A stretch of DNA of 64,000 bases from Deltaproteobacteria bacterium CG11_big_fil_rev_8_21_14_0_20_47_16 (GCA_002796325.1 PCXA01000007.1:145780-209779); one strand, 5' to 3'; counted from the stretch's first letter, positions 19,046 to 29,668 are shown. Made by a program: numbers and translations. Notes: generated by a model not told the origin, from the letters alone.

Positions 19046-20026
19046 ATGCAAGAATTTGAATTTATTCATCGTGTGACTGATATGCTACCAAGCCAGGCAG
19101 AGGGCTTGTTGTGTGGTATTGGTGACGATTGTGCTGTATTTGCTGGAAATGGTGGGCGAGATTGGCTCATTTCTACCGATGGATTTACCGAAGGTGTGCA
19201 TTTTCAGGCTGCATGGGCATCTCCTTCAGATATTGGACGAAGATGTTTGGAAGCTGCAGTGAGTGACATTGCTGCGATGGGTGGTCGTCCTCGTTACGTC
19301 ATGGTTTCAATTTCAATTCCAAACACCATGAGTGAATCTGATGCGATGGCATATATGCAGGGCATTTCTGCATCGGCAGCAGATTACCAAATGATTATCA
19401 TTGGTGGGGATACAACAACCTCTAAGCAGGGACTGCATTTGGCGATTACAGTGATTGGTGATGTTCGGCATGGTGCTTCACTGTATCGCAGAGGCGCACG
19501 TGTGGGAGATGTGGTGTATGTGACAGGTGTTTTGGGTGGATCTATGGCGGGGTTGAATGTTCTGGAGACAAAACGTACTGGATATCAGGAAGAAGTGAAT
19601 CGGTTTCTTCGCCCAACGGCACGTGTGGCAAGCGGTGCCTGGCTTTCGGATACAGGTTGCGTAACTAGCATGATTGATGTGAGTGATGGGTTGATTCAAG
19701 ATTTGGGTCATGTGGCAAAGGCCAGTGGTGTAGGTCTTGTGGTTGAGTCTGGTAGTATTCCATGTTGGCAAACCGAAAAGGGTGCGGTTAACATTGAGAC
19801 AGCATGTGCCAGTGGTGAAGAATATGAACTGGCATTTACTGTAGATGGTTTACGAGATAGTGCATTTCAGCGTCTTTTACCGGCAGCTCTTGGTCAATTG
19901 GGACATCCCATTACACGTATTGGACAGGTAGTTGCAGGATCTGGTGTTATTGTGCGCAAGCCAGACGGTGGTGTGTTGTCCTTGGATAAGTCAGGGTATG
20001 CTCACTGTATTGGTAAATCTGCATGA
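19046..20026 (+). CDS. thiL: Thiamine-monophosphate kinase
   Basis: AIR-synthase-related fold motifs GDDCAV and IIGGDTT. Confidence 0.85.
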   Translation: MQEFEFIHRVTDMLPSQAEGLLCGIGDDCAVFAGNGGRDWLISTDGFTEGVHFQAAWASPSDIGRRCLEAAVSDIAAMGGRPRYVMVSISIPNTMSESDAMAYMQGISASAADYQMIIIGGDTTTSKQGLHLAITVIGDVRHGASLYRRGARVGDVVYVTGVLGGSMAGLNVLETKRTGYQEEVNRFLRPTARVASGAWLSDTGCVTSMIDVSDGLIQDLGHVAKASGVGLVVESGSIPCWQTEKGAVNIETACASGEEYELAFTVDGLRDSAFQRLLPAALGQLGHPITRIGQVVAGSGVIVRKPDGGVLSLDKSGYAHCIGKSA

Positions 20027-21027
20027 ATATTGAATATAGAATAGCGCTTTTGGTGGTACTCATTTTTTGTTCAGCTTTTTTTTCTGGAACAGAAACAGCT
20101 CTGTTTTCATTATCACGTCTTGAGCTTGAGCGACTTCGGGATTCACCGCGTCCCATGGCGGCTGGCATGCTCACGCTTCTTAAGCGTCCACGACAGGTCC
20201 TAACCACCATTTTGTTTGGGAATGAATTGGTTAATATTTCAATCGCAATGGTTTTTGGAACTATTGTGTACGATTATTGTGGTCACTTGGGATGGAGATG
20301 GACCGCTCTTATTTCGGCTTGCGTTGCAACTCCAATACTCTTGTTGTTTGGTGAAATGATTCCCAAAAATTTGGCACTGCGTTATGCACCTATTTTGGCA
20401 CCCATTTTATCTGTGCCGTTGCGATGGTTTTATTGGGCGATTTCACCGATAAGGGTTGTGCTATCTGGAATTGCTAATTGGTGTGTGCGTCGCTTTGGTG
20501 GCGATCCAGATATGGCCAGCCCATTGATCATGGAAGAAGAGTTTCGGCGATTGGTGGATTTGGGCGTTGCCGGAGGTGCAATTAAAACAACTGAACATGA
20601 CTTGATTGACCAGGTTTTTGCATTTGGCGACACCCGTGTTCAAGAATGGGCGACTGCAATTGATCAGACATTCTCCATTCCACTCAAAGCCTCCTTTGAT
20701 GAAGCAGTTGCAATGGTGCGTGAATCAACTTATTCGCGAGTACCCGTGTATCAGGATAATCCGAATGATATTGTTGGAATGATTTATACACGTGATTTAC
20801 TGGTTTCATGGCACCATCGCCGTATGGGACGCATGCGCGAGCTAGAGGAAATTGTAAGGCCAGTACTGTTTATGCCGTTCAATACCCGTGTTGAAGATGC
20901 GCTTCGTGATTTTCAAAAATCAAAAATTCATTTGGCTGTTGTGACAGATGAACAGCAGGTTGCTGTTGGTATTTTGACCATGGATGAGCTGCTAGATCGA
21001 CTCTTTGGTTTGAAAGGTCAATCATGA
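20023..21027 (+). CDS. CNNM/DUF21 + CBS membrane protein (CorC/TlyC family)
   Basis: N-terminal DUF21 helices (FFSGTETALFS) and CBS pair. Confidence 0.8.
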   Translation: MNIEYRIALLVVLIFCSAFFSGTETALFSLSRLELERLRDSPRPMAAGMLTLLKRPRQVLTTILFGNELVNISIAMVFGTIVYDYCGHLGWRWTALISACVATPILLLFGEMIPKNLALRYAPILAPILSVPLRWFYWAISPIRVVLSGIANWCVRRFGGDPDMASPLIMEEEFRRLVDLGVAGGAIKTTEHDLIDQVFAFGDTRVQEWATAIDQTFSIPLKASFDEAVAMVRESTYSRVPVYQDNPNDIVGMIYTRDLLVSWHHRRMGRMRELEEIVRPVLFMPFNTRVEDALRDFQKSKIHLAVVTDEQQVAVGILTMDELLDRLFGLKGQS

Positions 21028-22262
21028 GCTTAGTATTTGTTATTATTTTATTAGTGTTTTGTGTTGTTTCGGAAAGTTTTTTTTCAGGGACCGAAATTGC
21101 CATGGTCTCGGCAGATCGCCTACGTCTAAAGGCGCTAGCAGCCAAGGGGTCTTCTCGTGCGAAGTTGGCTTGTTGGTGGATGTCGCATCCCGCAAAGCTT
21201 TTTAGTACCACATTGATTGGGACCAACTTATCTACAGTTTTGGCTTCAACAATTGCGACTATTTTTCTGATCACGAACTATGGCGAGAAGTATGGCCCTC
21301 TAGCTATTGCCATTGCACCAATAACACTCGTATTTGGTGAGATCATTCCAAAAAGCTTGTTTCAGTCTTATGCAACGCCAATTGCATTGCGCGTATCCCC
21401 GATTCTAACTTCATTTTCTACATTGTTTTTTCCAGCAGTATGGATCTATTCCAAAATCACCAATTTTCTATTGGGTGGTGTACGTGAATATAGTGGTACC
21501 GAAAAGCCTCTGGCGCGTGAGGAACTCCAGTTGTTGATTACCTCAAGCACACATCCCGAAAGTGATTTGCGTCCGATTGAACGCACAATGATTAAGCGGA
21601 TTTTGAAGCTTGCAGAGAAGCGTGTGCGGCATATTCAAATTCCTACAACGGATATGGTAGCAGTCCCGACAACAATGCCAGCCTCTGAGGCGGAGCATAT
21701 TTGTGATATGACGGGGTACTCGCGGTTACCTGTATATGAAGATCGACCCTATCAATTTGTGGGTATCTTACATGACGTGGATTTGATCGATGGTGTTGAT
21801 CATCGCCCCTTATCAGAGCTGATTCATCCACCGCTATTTGTGCCTGAAGAGATGCACTTGAATGATCTGTTTTTGCTTTTTCGTGAACGAAAAGAGGAAA
21901 TGGCGTTAGTTGTTGATGAATTTGGCGGAGTTTCAGGTTTGGTGACACTCTCAGATGTTTTTGAAGAGGTGGTAGGTGAAATTCGTGATGAAATGGATTT
22001 AACCCGTAAGCGTTATCATGCGCTAGGACGCGACCACTATTTGGCCAGTGGTCGACTTGAAATTGTAGAAGCCAATGAAAATTTGTTTTTAAGAATTCCA
22101 TTGGGAGATTATTCAACTATTGCAGGATATTTGTTGTGGCATTTTGGACGGTTGCCCAAGGTGGGTGAGTCAATTGATATTGGAGCGTGGCATTATGTGA
22201 TTCGTGCGGTCAGTCCGCGAGCCATTTTAGAAATCGAAATTAGTCGTGCACAAGACTTATAA
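21024..22262 (+). CDS. CNNM/DUF21 + CBS + CorC_HlyC protein (hemolysin-like, Mg/Co efflux family)
   Basis: Paralogous architecture (FFSGTEIAMVS); ATGA overlap with the preceding paralog. Confidence 0.8.
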   Translation: MSLVFVIILLVFCVVSESFFSGTEIAMVSADRLRLKALAAKGSSRAKLACWWMSHPAKLFSTTLIGTNLSTVLASTIATIFLITNYGEKYGPLAIAIAPITLVFGEIIPKSLFQSYATPIALRVSPILTSFSTLFFPAVWIYSKITNFLLGGVREYSGTEKPLAREELQLLITSSTHPESDLRPIERTMIKRILKLAEKRVRHIQIPTTDMVAVPTTMPASEAEHICDMTGYSRLPVYEDRPYQFVGILHDVDLIDGVDHRPLSELIHPPLFVPEEMHLNDLFLLFRERKEEMALVVDEFGGVSGLVTLSDVFEEVVGEIRDEMDLTRKRYHALGRDHYLASGRLEIVEANENLFLRIPLGDYSTIAGYLLWHFGRLPKVGESIDIGAWHYVIRAVSPRAILEIEISRAQDL

Positions 22263-22276
22263 CTGAGGAGAACAGT

Positions 22277-22831
22277 ATGGCACATCAACCAAAAGGAGGA
22301 CGCCTACCATTTGGTGTTATCGCACCAGATTTTACGCTCCGTGCAACCGATGGTAAGGAATACAGTTTGCACCGTCAAAAGGGACAATACGGAACGGTTG
22401 TAATATTCTCATGCAATCACTGTCCCTATGTGCAGGCCTACGATGAACGAATTAACGCATTAGCCGGAACATACATGCCAAAGGGAATTCAATTTTTTGT
22501 CATTAATTCGAATGATGAACATGTTTATGCAGATGACAGTTTTGAAATGATGCAGAAGAAAGTGATTCAAAATGCATTAGTATACCCATACCTACACGAT
22601 GCGACTCAACAAGTGGCTGTTGAATATGGTGCAGGTTGCACACCTGAAGTATTTGCGTTTGATGATCATTTACGATTAATTTATACGGGTCGAATTGATG
22701 ACAATATGGATCAACCGGAAAAGTCCACCCAGCGCTATTTGCGAGATACGTGTGAAGCTATGTTGGCTCGGCGCCATCCCGAAGTTCGTGAAGTGCATCC
22801 AATTGGTTGTAGCATCAAATGGAAAAGGTAA
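22277..22831 (+). CDS. Thioredoxin-fold protein (redoxin / AhpC-TSA-like)
   Basis: CNHCP active-site-like motif; AGGAG RBS. Confidence 0.7.
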   Translation: MAHQPKGGRLPFGVIAPDFTLRATDGKEYSLHRQKGQYGTVVIFSCNHCPYVQAYDERINALAGTYMPKGIQFFVINSNDEHVYADDSFEMMQKKVIQNALVYPYLHDATQQVAVEYGAGCTPEVFAFDDHLRLIYTGRIDDNMDQPEKSTQRYLRDTCEAMLARRHPEVREVHPIGCSIKWKR

Positions 22832-23706
22832 CGCCAAAGTGCCCCATATTTTATGAATGTGGCGGCTGCCAATTGCAGGATATGGCATATGCTGATCAAC
22901 TGCAATTAAAGTATGTGGCGGTATGTGAGGCCTTAACGCAAATTGCCCAGCTTCGTTCGCCAAATGTTTTACCAACAGTTGCTGCATCTCATCCTTGGCA
23001 TTATCGAACACGCATAACGTTGCATTGTGATCGCAATGGGCGCATTGGTTTTTATCGTAGGGGAACTCATGATGCGATTGAATTTGATGAGTGTCCTATT
23101 GCTGCACCAGGAGTTAATGCAAAACTAGCTGCAGAAAAGAAGAAGATCACAGGACGTCCTGGGCACTACGAAGTGCGTATTGATGATGGTGAAGGATTTA
23201 CGCAAATCAATCCTGAACAGAATAAGGAGCTACAGCAGTTGTTATGTGATGGACTATCGGGACGGTCTGCAACGGTAGTTGTGGAGCTGTTTTGCGGGAA
23301 TGGTAATTTTAGCTTTCCCATCGCTCCATTGGTTGGCAAACTTTACGGGTGTGATTCTCACGAAGGCTCAATTACAGCAGCAATCGCTCAAGCTAAATCC
23401 CAAAAAGTAAAGAATGTGCAATTTGCCGCAGCCGAGTCGCACAAGTTTATGCGGACTCTACAAAATCAGGGTGTGAAAGCAGATGGTTTGGTTTTAGATC
23501 CACCACGTCGCGGAGCCCCTGAAGTGATTCAGTCAATTTTAGAAATGCTGCCACAGTGGATATGTTATATTTCATGCAATCCCGAAACATTTGCCTCTGA
23601 CTTAAAGGCACTTTGCCAGGGTGGTTACAGGTTAGAATCCTGCCAACCCGTAGATATGTTTCCACAGACGAATCATGTTGAAACGATTAGTTGGTTGTCG
23701 CGGTAA
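22819..23706 (+). CDS. Class I SAM-dependent RNA methyltransferase (RlmD/TrmA-like) with N-terminal Cys cluster
   Basis: CPIFYECGGCQ cluster; C-terminal YISCNPETF motif. Confidence 0.75.
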   Translation: MEKVTPKCPIFYECGGCQLQDMAYADQLQLKYVAVCEALTQIAQLRSPNVLPTVAASHPWHYRTRITLHCDRNGRIGFYRRGTHDAIEFDECPIAAPGVNAKLAAEKKKITGRPGHYEVRIDDGEGFTQINPEQNKELQQLLCDGLSGRSATVVVELFCGNGNFSFPIAPLVGKLYGCDSHEGSITAAIAQAKSQKVKNVQFAAAESHKFMRTLQNQGVKADGLVLDPPRRGAPEVIQSILEMLPQWICYISCNPETFASDLKALCQGGYRLESCQPVDMFPQTNHVETISWLSR

Positions 23707-24684
23707 TTACTGACCCAGCAAATATGCAAACATGAGTGGGGCAACGATTGTGGCATCGGACTCAATGATGAACTTGGGTGTTTCTGCGGCCAATTTGCCC
23801 CAGGTGATTTTTTCATTGGGAACGGCACCAGAATATGAGCCATAGCTCGTGGTAGAATCGCTAATCTGACAGAAGTAGCCCCAGAGTGGAACGCTTGTGC
23901 GCTGCATATCTTGGTGTAACATGGGAACGACACAGATGGGGAAGTCGCCTGCAATACCGCCACCGATTTGGAAGAATCCGAGTGATGTGTTCTTTGTGGT
24001 TTCGGTATAATAATCTGCCAACCACTTCATAGTTTGAATGCCGCCCTTAACAGTGGTGACATTTTTGACATTTCCTAACATGCAGTGTGCAGTGTACATA
24101 TTGCCTAATGTGGAATCTTCCCAACCCGGTACAAAGATGGGCAGATTTTTTTTGCTCGCTGCAACCATCCAAGAATCTTTAGGATCAATTTGATAGTGCT
24201 TTTCAATCGCACCACTGCGTAAAATTTTATACATGAATTCGTATGGGAAGTACTGCTCACCCTTATTGTCAGCCATTTTCCATTCTTCCAAAACGACTGC
24301 CTCAATGCGACGCATGGCTTCGCCTTCGGGAATGCAGGTGTCGGTGACGCGATTTAAATGGCGATCCAGCAGCTTTTGTTCATCAGCTGCAGTGAGGTCA
24401 CGATAATGGGGAACGCGTTCGTAGTGGTCGTGCGCTACTAGGTTGTAAATATCTTCTTCCAAATTAGCACCTGTGCAGCAAATGGCATGCACTTTGTCTT
24501 GGCGGATCATTTCAGCCAATGTCAGTCCCAATTCGGCGGTACTCATGGCTCCTGCGAGCGTCATGAACATTTTGCCACCTTTGGCCAAATGGGCCTCATA
24601 GGCCTTCACCGCGTCCATGAGTGCCGCAGCATTAAAGTGACGGTAGTTGTGCTCGATAAATTGTGAAACGGGACCTTTAGCCAT
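23707..24684 (-). CDS. Deoxyhypusine synthase-family protein (possible homospermidine synthase-like)
   Basis: Family recognised from overall sequence; AAGGAGG RBS before ATG 24684; ORF track start is a 5' extension. Confidence 0.75.
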   Translation of the reverse strand: MAKGPVSQFIEHNYRHFNAAALMDAVKAYEAHLAKGGKMFMTLAGAMSTAELGLTLAEMIRQDKVHAICCTGANLEEDIYNLVAHDHYERVPHYRDLTAADEQKLLDRHLNRVTDTCIPEGEAMRRIEAVVLEEWKMADNKGEQYFPYEFMYKILRSGAIEKHYQIDPKDSWMVAASKKNLPIFVPGWEDSTLGNMYTAHCMLGNVKNVTTVKGGIQTMKWLADYYTETTKNTSLGFFQIGGGIAGDFPICVVPMLHQDMQRTSVPLWGYFCQISDSTTSYGSYSGAVPNEKITWGKLAAETPKFIIESDATIVAPLMFAYLLGQ

Positions 24685-24779
24685 GATGCGCCTCCTTGAT
24701 TCTGTTTGCGTGATAAATATAGATGCTGTAAAGCCTCGATTAAACCGATCTGTCAAGAAATTCTGAAAGGATGATTCCC

Positions 24780-25955
24780 ATGGCACAGCTCAAAACCACT
24801 GATTATTTCAACATTAGCGGGCTTTTGACGGATGACGAAATTCAAATTCAGAACATGGCGCGTGATTTTGTGGTGGATGAAGTTCTGCCGGTGATTACGC
24901 AACATTATCGTGATGGCACGTTTCCCATGGAGCTGGTACCTAAGATGGGGCAGCTGGGATTTTATGGTGCCAATCTGCCAGAGGAATATGGCTGTGCGGG
25001 CTTGAATAACGTTGCCTACGGTATTTTGATGCAAGAGTTGGAGCGCGGTGATTCCGGTGTTCGCAGTTTTGCGAGCGTGCAGGGTGCACTCGTGATGTAT
25101 CCGATTTTTGCGTATGGTTCTGAAGAGCAAAAGAAGCATTGGTTGCCTAAACTGGCCAAGGGCGAGAAAATCGGATGCTTTGGTTTAACGGAGCCCGATC
25201 ATGGGTCTGACCCTGCGGGCATGGAAACCAAGGCACGTCGCGATGGCAACGACTGGGTGTTGCATGGGGCCAAGATGTGGATCACGAATGGAACCATTGC
25301 TGACGTAGCGGTGGTGTGGGCCAAAGATGAAGCGGGTGTGGTGCAAGGATTTTTGGTGGAGAAGGGCATGAAGGGATTTTCGGCGCCTGAAATGACCGGG
25401 AAATTAAGTCTGCGCGCATCGGTGACATCGGAGTTGGTGTTGGATGAGGTGCGTGTACCCGATGCCACGCATCGCTTGCCCAAGACACAGGGACTTAAAT
25501 CCGCACTGGGGTGCTTGACGCAGGCACGTTACGGCATTGCGTGGGGTGGTGTGGGTGCTGCGATTGCGTGTTATGAATGTGCGCTGGAATACGCCAAGAG
25601 TCGTGTGCAATTTGACAAACCGATTGCAGGGTTTCAATTGGTGCAGCGTAAACTGGTGGAGATGCTAACCGAAATTACAAAAGGGCAGTTGTTGGCATTG
25701 CAACTTGGTCGCCTCAAAGACAAAAATGAAGCCAAATTTTTTCATGTGTCGATGGGCAAGATGAATAATATTCAACTCGCTCGCGACTGCGCGCGCACCG
25801 CACGCGAAATTTTAGCAGCGAATGGTATTTTGGATGAGTACCCTGTGATGCGCCACATGATGAATATTGAATCGGTCTACACCTACGAAGGCACCAATGA
25901 CATGCACACCTTAATTTTGGGTGAGCACATCACAGGTATTCCCGCGTATCGGTAG
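24780..25955 (+). CDS. gcdH: Acyl-CoA dehydrogenase, glutaryl-CoA dehydrogenase-like
   Basis: GCFGLTEPDHGSD and YEGTNDMH motifs; about 390 aa. Confidence 0.8.
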   Translation: MAQLKTTDYFNISGLLTDDEIQIQNMARDFVVDEVLPVITQHYRDGTFPMELVPKMGQLGFYGANLPEEYGCAGLNNVAYGILMQELERGDSGVRSFASVQGALVMYPIFAYGSEEQKKHWLPKLAKGEKIGCFGLTEPDHGSDPAGMETKARRDGNDWVLHGAKMWITNGTIADVAVVWAKDEAGVVQGFLVEKGMKGFSAPEMTGKLSLRASVTSELVLDEVRVPDATHRLPKTQGLKSALGCLTQARYGIAWGGVGAAIACYECALEYAKSRVQFDKPIAGFQLVQRKLVEMLTEITKGQLLALQLGRLKDKNEAKFFHVSMGKMNNIQLARDCARTAREILAANGILDEYPVMRHMMNIESVYTYEGTNDMHTLILGEHITGIPAYR

Positions 25956-26465
25956 TTACAAAAATCCAATCTTGCGTTTGGATGTGGATGTGGGTGGTGT
26001 CATGAGTTGGCGCAGGGCATCGAAGACCACCTTGAATTTCTGATCGTAACCTTTCTCCATTTTGTGCAACTTTTTCGCGAGGTCTTTGTGGTTGATGAGG
26101 AGTTGTCTTAATTTTACAAATGTTCGCATGATCTCAATATTGACCTGTATGGCGCGTCGGCTATTTAAAACGCTGGAGAGCATGGCGACACCCTGTTCTG
26201 TAAAGACATATGGAATATACTTTCGGTGTTCTCCGCGGCCCACTTTTAAGGTCGCAATTTGCGACCTTAAAAGTGCAACTTCTTGATTATTAAGGGAAAA
26301 CATGAAATCCTCAGGAAAACGCTCAATATTGCGCCTTACCTGCTCATTGAGCCGCTTCGTGGGGACTCCGTAAAGTGTGGCCAAATCGCTATCCAACATC
26401 ACCTTGTGCCCCCGAATCAACAAGATCTTCTGTTCAATATGTTCCTCTGGTAGCAATGCTGTCAT
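25956..26465 (-). CDS. ORF6N (KilA-N-like) domain DNA-binding protein
   Basis: IRGHKVMLDSDLATLYGVPTKRLNEQVRRNIERFPEDFMF; stop abuts convergent gcdH. Confidence 0.75.
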   Translation of the reverse strand: MTALLPEEHIEQKILLIRGHKVMLDSDLATLYGVPTKRLNEQVRRNIERFPEDFMFSLNNQEVALLRSQIATLKVGRGEHRKYIPYVFTEQGVAMLSSVLNSRRAIQVNIEIMRTFVKLRQLLINHKDLAKKLHKMEKGYDQKFKVVFDALRQLMTPPTSTSKRKIGFL

Positions 26466-26595
26466 CTGACACCTCCGAAAGTCTTTCAGCAAAAACAATG
26501 CCAGCGCCTAATGATCGATGTATGCAACTTGAAGTGCGATGCTGTTGCAAAACTGAACAAGTCGCTCTAAAAAGTGCTCATCAAAGGGGGATTCA

Positions 26596-27045
26596 ATGAT
26601 CGCAGCATTCTTTAATTGGTTTACCGTCATCATGATGGTTTGTGGTCTTTTAGCTGTATGGCGCTGCAAAAGGGCCCAATGGTTTTTCTTATTTGCGGTG
26701 GGTGTGGTTGGGATTTGGGCATTTATTTTTCATGTATTCTTTTCTGAATTAGCTTCCTCAAGCATTGGCTGGGCGCCATCCCCGTTTGAATTTGAAGTCG
26801 GTGTGGCCAATTTGGGCATGGGTGTGGCCGGGATTATGGCACTCTGGTTTGGACTGGAATTTGCGATTGCGGTAGCAGTCATTAATACCTGTTTCAATTG
26901 GGGTGCGGCTTATGGTCATGTGCATCAGATGATTGTGGCGCACAATTTTGCAGTAAATAATGCAGGCCCCATTTTCTGGACGGATATTTTGATTCCGATT
27001 GTACTGTGGATTTTAATCCAACGTTGGCGTAAGGCGGGTGCATGA
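26596..27045 (+). CDS. Hypothetical integral membrane protein
   Basis: Four predicted hydrophobic helices; ATGA coupling to yjbQ. Confidence 0.5.
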   Translation: MIAAFFNWFTVIMMVCGLLAVWRCKRAQWFFLFAVGVVGIWAFIFHVFFSELASSSIGWAPSPFEFEVGVANLGMGVAGIMALWFGLEFAIAVAVINTCFNWGAAYGHVHQMIVAHNFAVNNAGPIFWTDILIPIVLWILIQRWRKAGA

Positions 27046-27461
27046 AATCTTATCGCAAAGAATTGTGGTTTAATATCCCGTCGCGATGCGGCTTTGTGAA
27101 TATCACGTCCGATGTTGAAAAATGCCTCAAGGAAAGTGGTGTGCAAGAAGGTTTGGTGTTGGTAAATGCCATGCACATTACGGCATCGGTTTTTATTAAT
27201 GATGATGAGCGTGGCTTGCATCATGACTATGATAAATGGCTAGAAAAGTTGGCACCCCATGCACCGACGGATCAGTATCGCCACAATGACACTGGCGAAG
27301 ATAACGCGGACGCCCATATGAAACGTCAGATTATGGGGCGCGAGGTGGTGGTGGCGATTACTCAAGGCAAATTGGATTTTGGGCCGTGGGAGCAAGTTTT
27401 TTATGGTGAATTTGATGGGCGTCGCAAAAAGCGCGCATTAATCAAAATTATTGGAGACTAA
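27042..27461 (+). CDS. yjbQ: YjbQ/UPF0047 family (secondary thiamine-phosphate synthase)
   Basis: [27 protein letters not shown] motif. Confidence 0.8.
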   Translation: MKSYRKELWFNIPSRCGFVNITSDVEKCLKESGVQEGLVLVNAMHITASVFINDDERGLHHDYDKWLEKLAPHAPTDQYRHNDTGEDNADAHMKRQIMGREVVVAITQGKLDFGPWEQVFYGEFDGRRKKRALIKIIGD

Positions 27462-27463
27462 AA

Positions 27464-28027
27464 ATGGCTGAGAAGTGTCGGTGTGCCTGGGTAACAGACG
27501 ATCAAATTTATAAGGACTATCATGACAATGAATGGGGCCGTCCTGTTCATGACGACCAAAAATTATTTGAAGCGATTGTGTTAGATGCCTTTCAGGCGGG
27601 GCTTTCCTGGCTTACCATTCTTAAAAAGCGCGAAAATTTTCGCGAGGCATTCCATGGGTTTGATGTGCAAAAAGTGGCTAGTTACAACACGCGCCAAGTG
27701 GATTTGTTGATGCAAAATGCAGGTATTGTGCGCAACCGTCTTAAGATTCAAGCGGCTACAACAAACGCACGTCTCATTATTCGCATGCAAGAGCATCACG
27801 GATCGTTTGATAAATATATTTGGCAGTTTGTAAATGGTAAGCCCATCATCAACCATCGCAAAACAATTGCGGAAATACCAGCAACGAGCCCGGAATCAGA
27901 CGCCATGAGCCGTGATCTGAAGAAAAGGGGATTTAAGTTTATTGGATCGACGATTTGTTATGCATTCATGCAGGCCACAGGCATGGTGAATGACCATACC
28001 GTGGATTGTTTCCGATATAAGGCTTAA
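27464..28027 (+). CDS. tag: DNA-3-methyladenine glycosylase I
   Basis: Strong match to Tag signature: YHDNEWG, GLSWLTILKKRENFR, GSTICYAFMQATGMVNDH. Confidence 0.9.
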   Translation: MAEKCRCAWVTDDQIYKDYHDNEWGRPVHDDQKLFEAIVLDAFQAGLSWLTILKKRENFREAFHGFDVQKVASYNTRQVDLLMQNAGIVRNRLKIQAATTNARLIIRMQEHHGSFDKYIWQFVNGKPIINHRKTIAEIPATSPESDAMSRDLKKRGFKFIGSTICYAFMQATGMVNDHTVDCFRYKA

Positions 28028-29004
28028 ACCTTTCCGTGGGTTTCCCAGTTATACGCTGTTTCACAGATCGTGCGCAGGTTGTTGTACTGTGGTTTCCACC
28101 CCAGAACCCTTTGAATTTTATCTGAGTTGGCAATGAGTGCGGGTGGGTCACCTGCACGACGTGGCTTTTCAACGCACTTAAACTTCTTTCCACTCACATC
28201 CATAACCATGTTGAGAACTTCGCGAACGGAAGATCCTTGGCCATAGCCACAGTTCATGATTTCGGATTTTCCACCTTTTAACAAATAATCCAGCGCTGCA
28301 ACGTGGGCGTTGGCTAGGTCAACGACATGAATATAATCCCGAATACCGGTGCCGTCGGCAGTATCAAAATCAGTGCCGTAAATATCCACGTGGTCTCGTT
28401 TGCCACAGGCAGCTTCGCATGCCACTTTAATGAGGTGCGTGGCCTCGGGTGTTGCTTGTCCCAAGCTACCGTCGGGTTGAGCACCTGCCACGTTGAAATA
28501 CCGAAGTGCAACATAGTTAATGGCACCTGTTTTGGCCACATCGGCCAAAATCTTTTCAACCATTAGTTTGGATTCCCCATACGGGTTGATGGGGTTGGTG
28601 GGAGACGTTTCATCAACCATAGTTGTTTCGGAAACACCATACACCGCGGCGGTGGATGAAAAGAGGATGTTTTTAACGCCACTATCTGTGCAGGCTGCAA
28701 TCAGGTTTCGGCTCGCACAGGTGTTGTTAGCGTAATATTTAAGCGGATTCGCAACGGATTCTGGAACAACCGTGTAGCCTGCAAAGTGAATGACAGCACT
28801 GACTGCGTTGTCACGCATGAGTTGTGACATGAGTGCAATATCGCCGGCGTCTCCCTCGATAAATTTGGCATTTTTGGGAACGGCCCAACGGTGACCCGTG
28901 TATAAAGAATCTACAAGCACGAGTTTGAAACCAGCCTCATTCAGTTGCCTACATGTGTGAGACCCGATGTAACCCGCGCCGCCTGTGACCAGAATTGTGT
29001 TCAT
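28024..29004 (-). CDS. galE: UDP-glucose 4-epimerase
   Basis: ILVTGGAGYIGSH Rossmann motif and YGESK catalytic motif. Confidence 0.85.
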   Translation of the reverse strand: MNTILVTGGAGYIGSHTCRQLNEAGFKLVLVDSLYTGHRWAVPKNAKFIEGDAGDIALMSQLMRDNAVSAVIHFAGYTVVPESVANPLKYYANNTCASRNLIAACTDSGVKNILFSSTAAVYGVSETTMVDETSPTNPINPYGESKLMVEKILADVAKTGAINYVALRYFNVAGAQPDGSLGQATPEATHLIKVACEAACGKRDHVDIYGTDFDTADGTGIRDYIHVVDLANAHVAALDYLLKGGKSEIMNCGYGQGSSVREVLNMVMDVSGKKFKCVEKPRRAGDPPALIANSDKIQRVLGWKPQYNNLRTICETAYNWETHGKV

Positions 29005-29065
29005 ATGCTCCACAAAAGCATCTTTACTGCTCGATTGTCTACGATCTTTTTGATATAGAAAATCT

Positions 29066-29668
29066 ATGTCAAAACATTCAGCAGCTATTGCGCTGTTAGT
29101 CACGATACTTGCGCTTGGAATATCCTATATCGGTGCCTTTGATCGCTTGACCTGGTTTTTAGAGTCGCTTCCAGTGTTGATTGGCATTCCAATATTGGTT
29201 TTATCCCACAAGCGATTTCCACTATCGTCGTTACTTTATGGTCTTTTAGCCTTTCATGCAATTGTGTTGCTGGTGGGTGCGCATTATACATATGCCCGTG
29301 TGCCGCTTTTTGATTGGATTGGTGCTTCGTGTGGCTGGGGCCGTAACAATTATGATAAGTTTGCTCATTTTATACAGGGATTTATTCCGGCAATCCTGGT
29401 GCGTGAAGTTTTGATTCGTACGTCACCGCTTAAGGGAAATCGGTGGTTACCTCCATTGGTTGTAAGCACCTGTCTTGCGATTAGTGCAGCTTATGAATTA
29501 TTTGAATGGCTTGTGGCGGAAGCATTGGGTATTTCGGCAGATGACTTTTTAGGGATGCAGGGATATATTTGGGATACTCAAACTGATATGACAATGGCAT
29601 TGGTTGGGGCGATAATGGCATTGATTATTTTATCGCGGTATCATGATCGCTCAATAGCCAATATTTAG
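29066..29668 (+). CDS. DUF2238/YjdF-like membrane protein
   Basis: Multi-helix hydrophobic protein; family assignment by recall. Confidence 0.55.
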   Translation: MSKHSAAIALLVTILALGISYIGAFDRLTWFLESLPVLIGIPILVLSHKRFPLSSLLYGLLAFHAIVLLVGAHYTYARVPLFDWIGASCGWGRNNYDKFAHFIQGFIPAILVREVLIRTSPLKGNRWLPPLVVSTCLAISAAYELFEWLVAEALGISADDFLGMQGYIWDTQTDMTMALVGAIMALIILSRYHDRSIANI

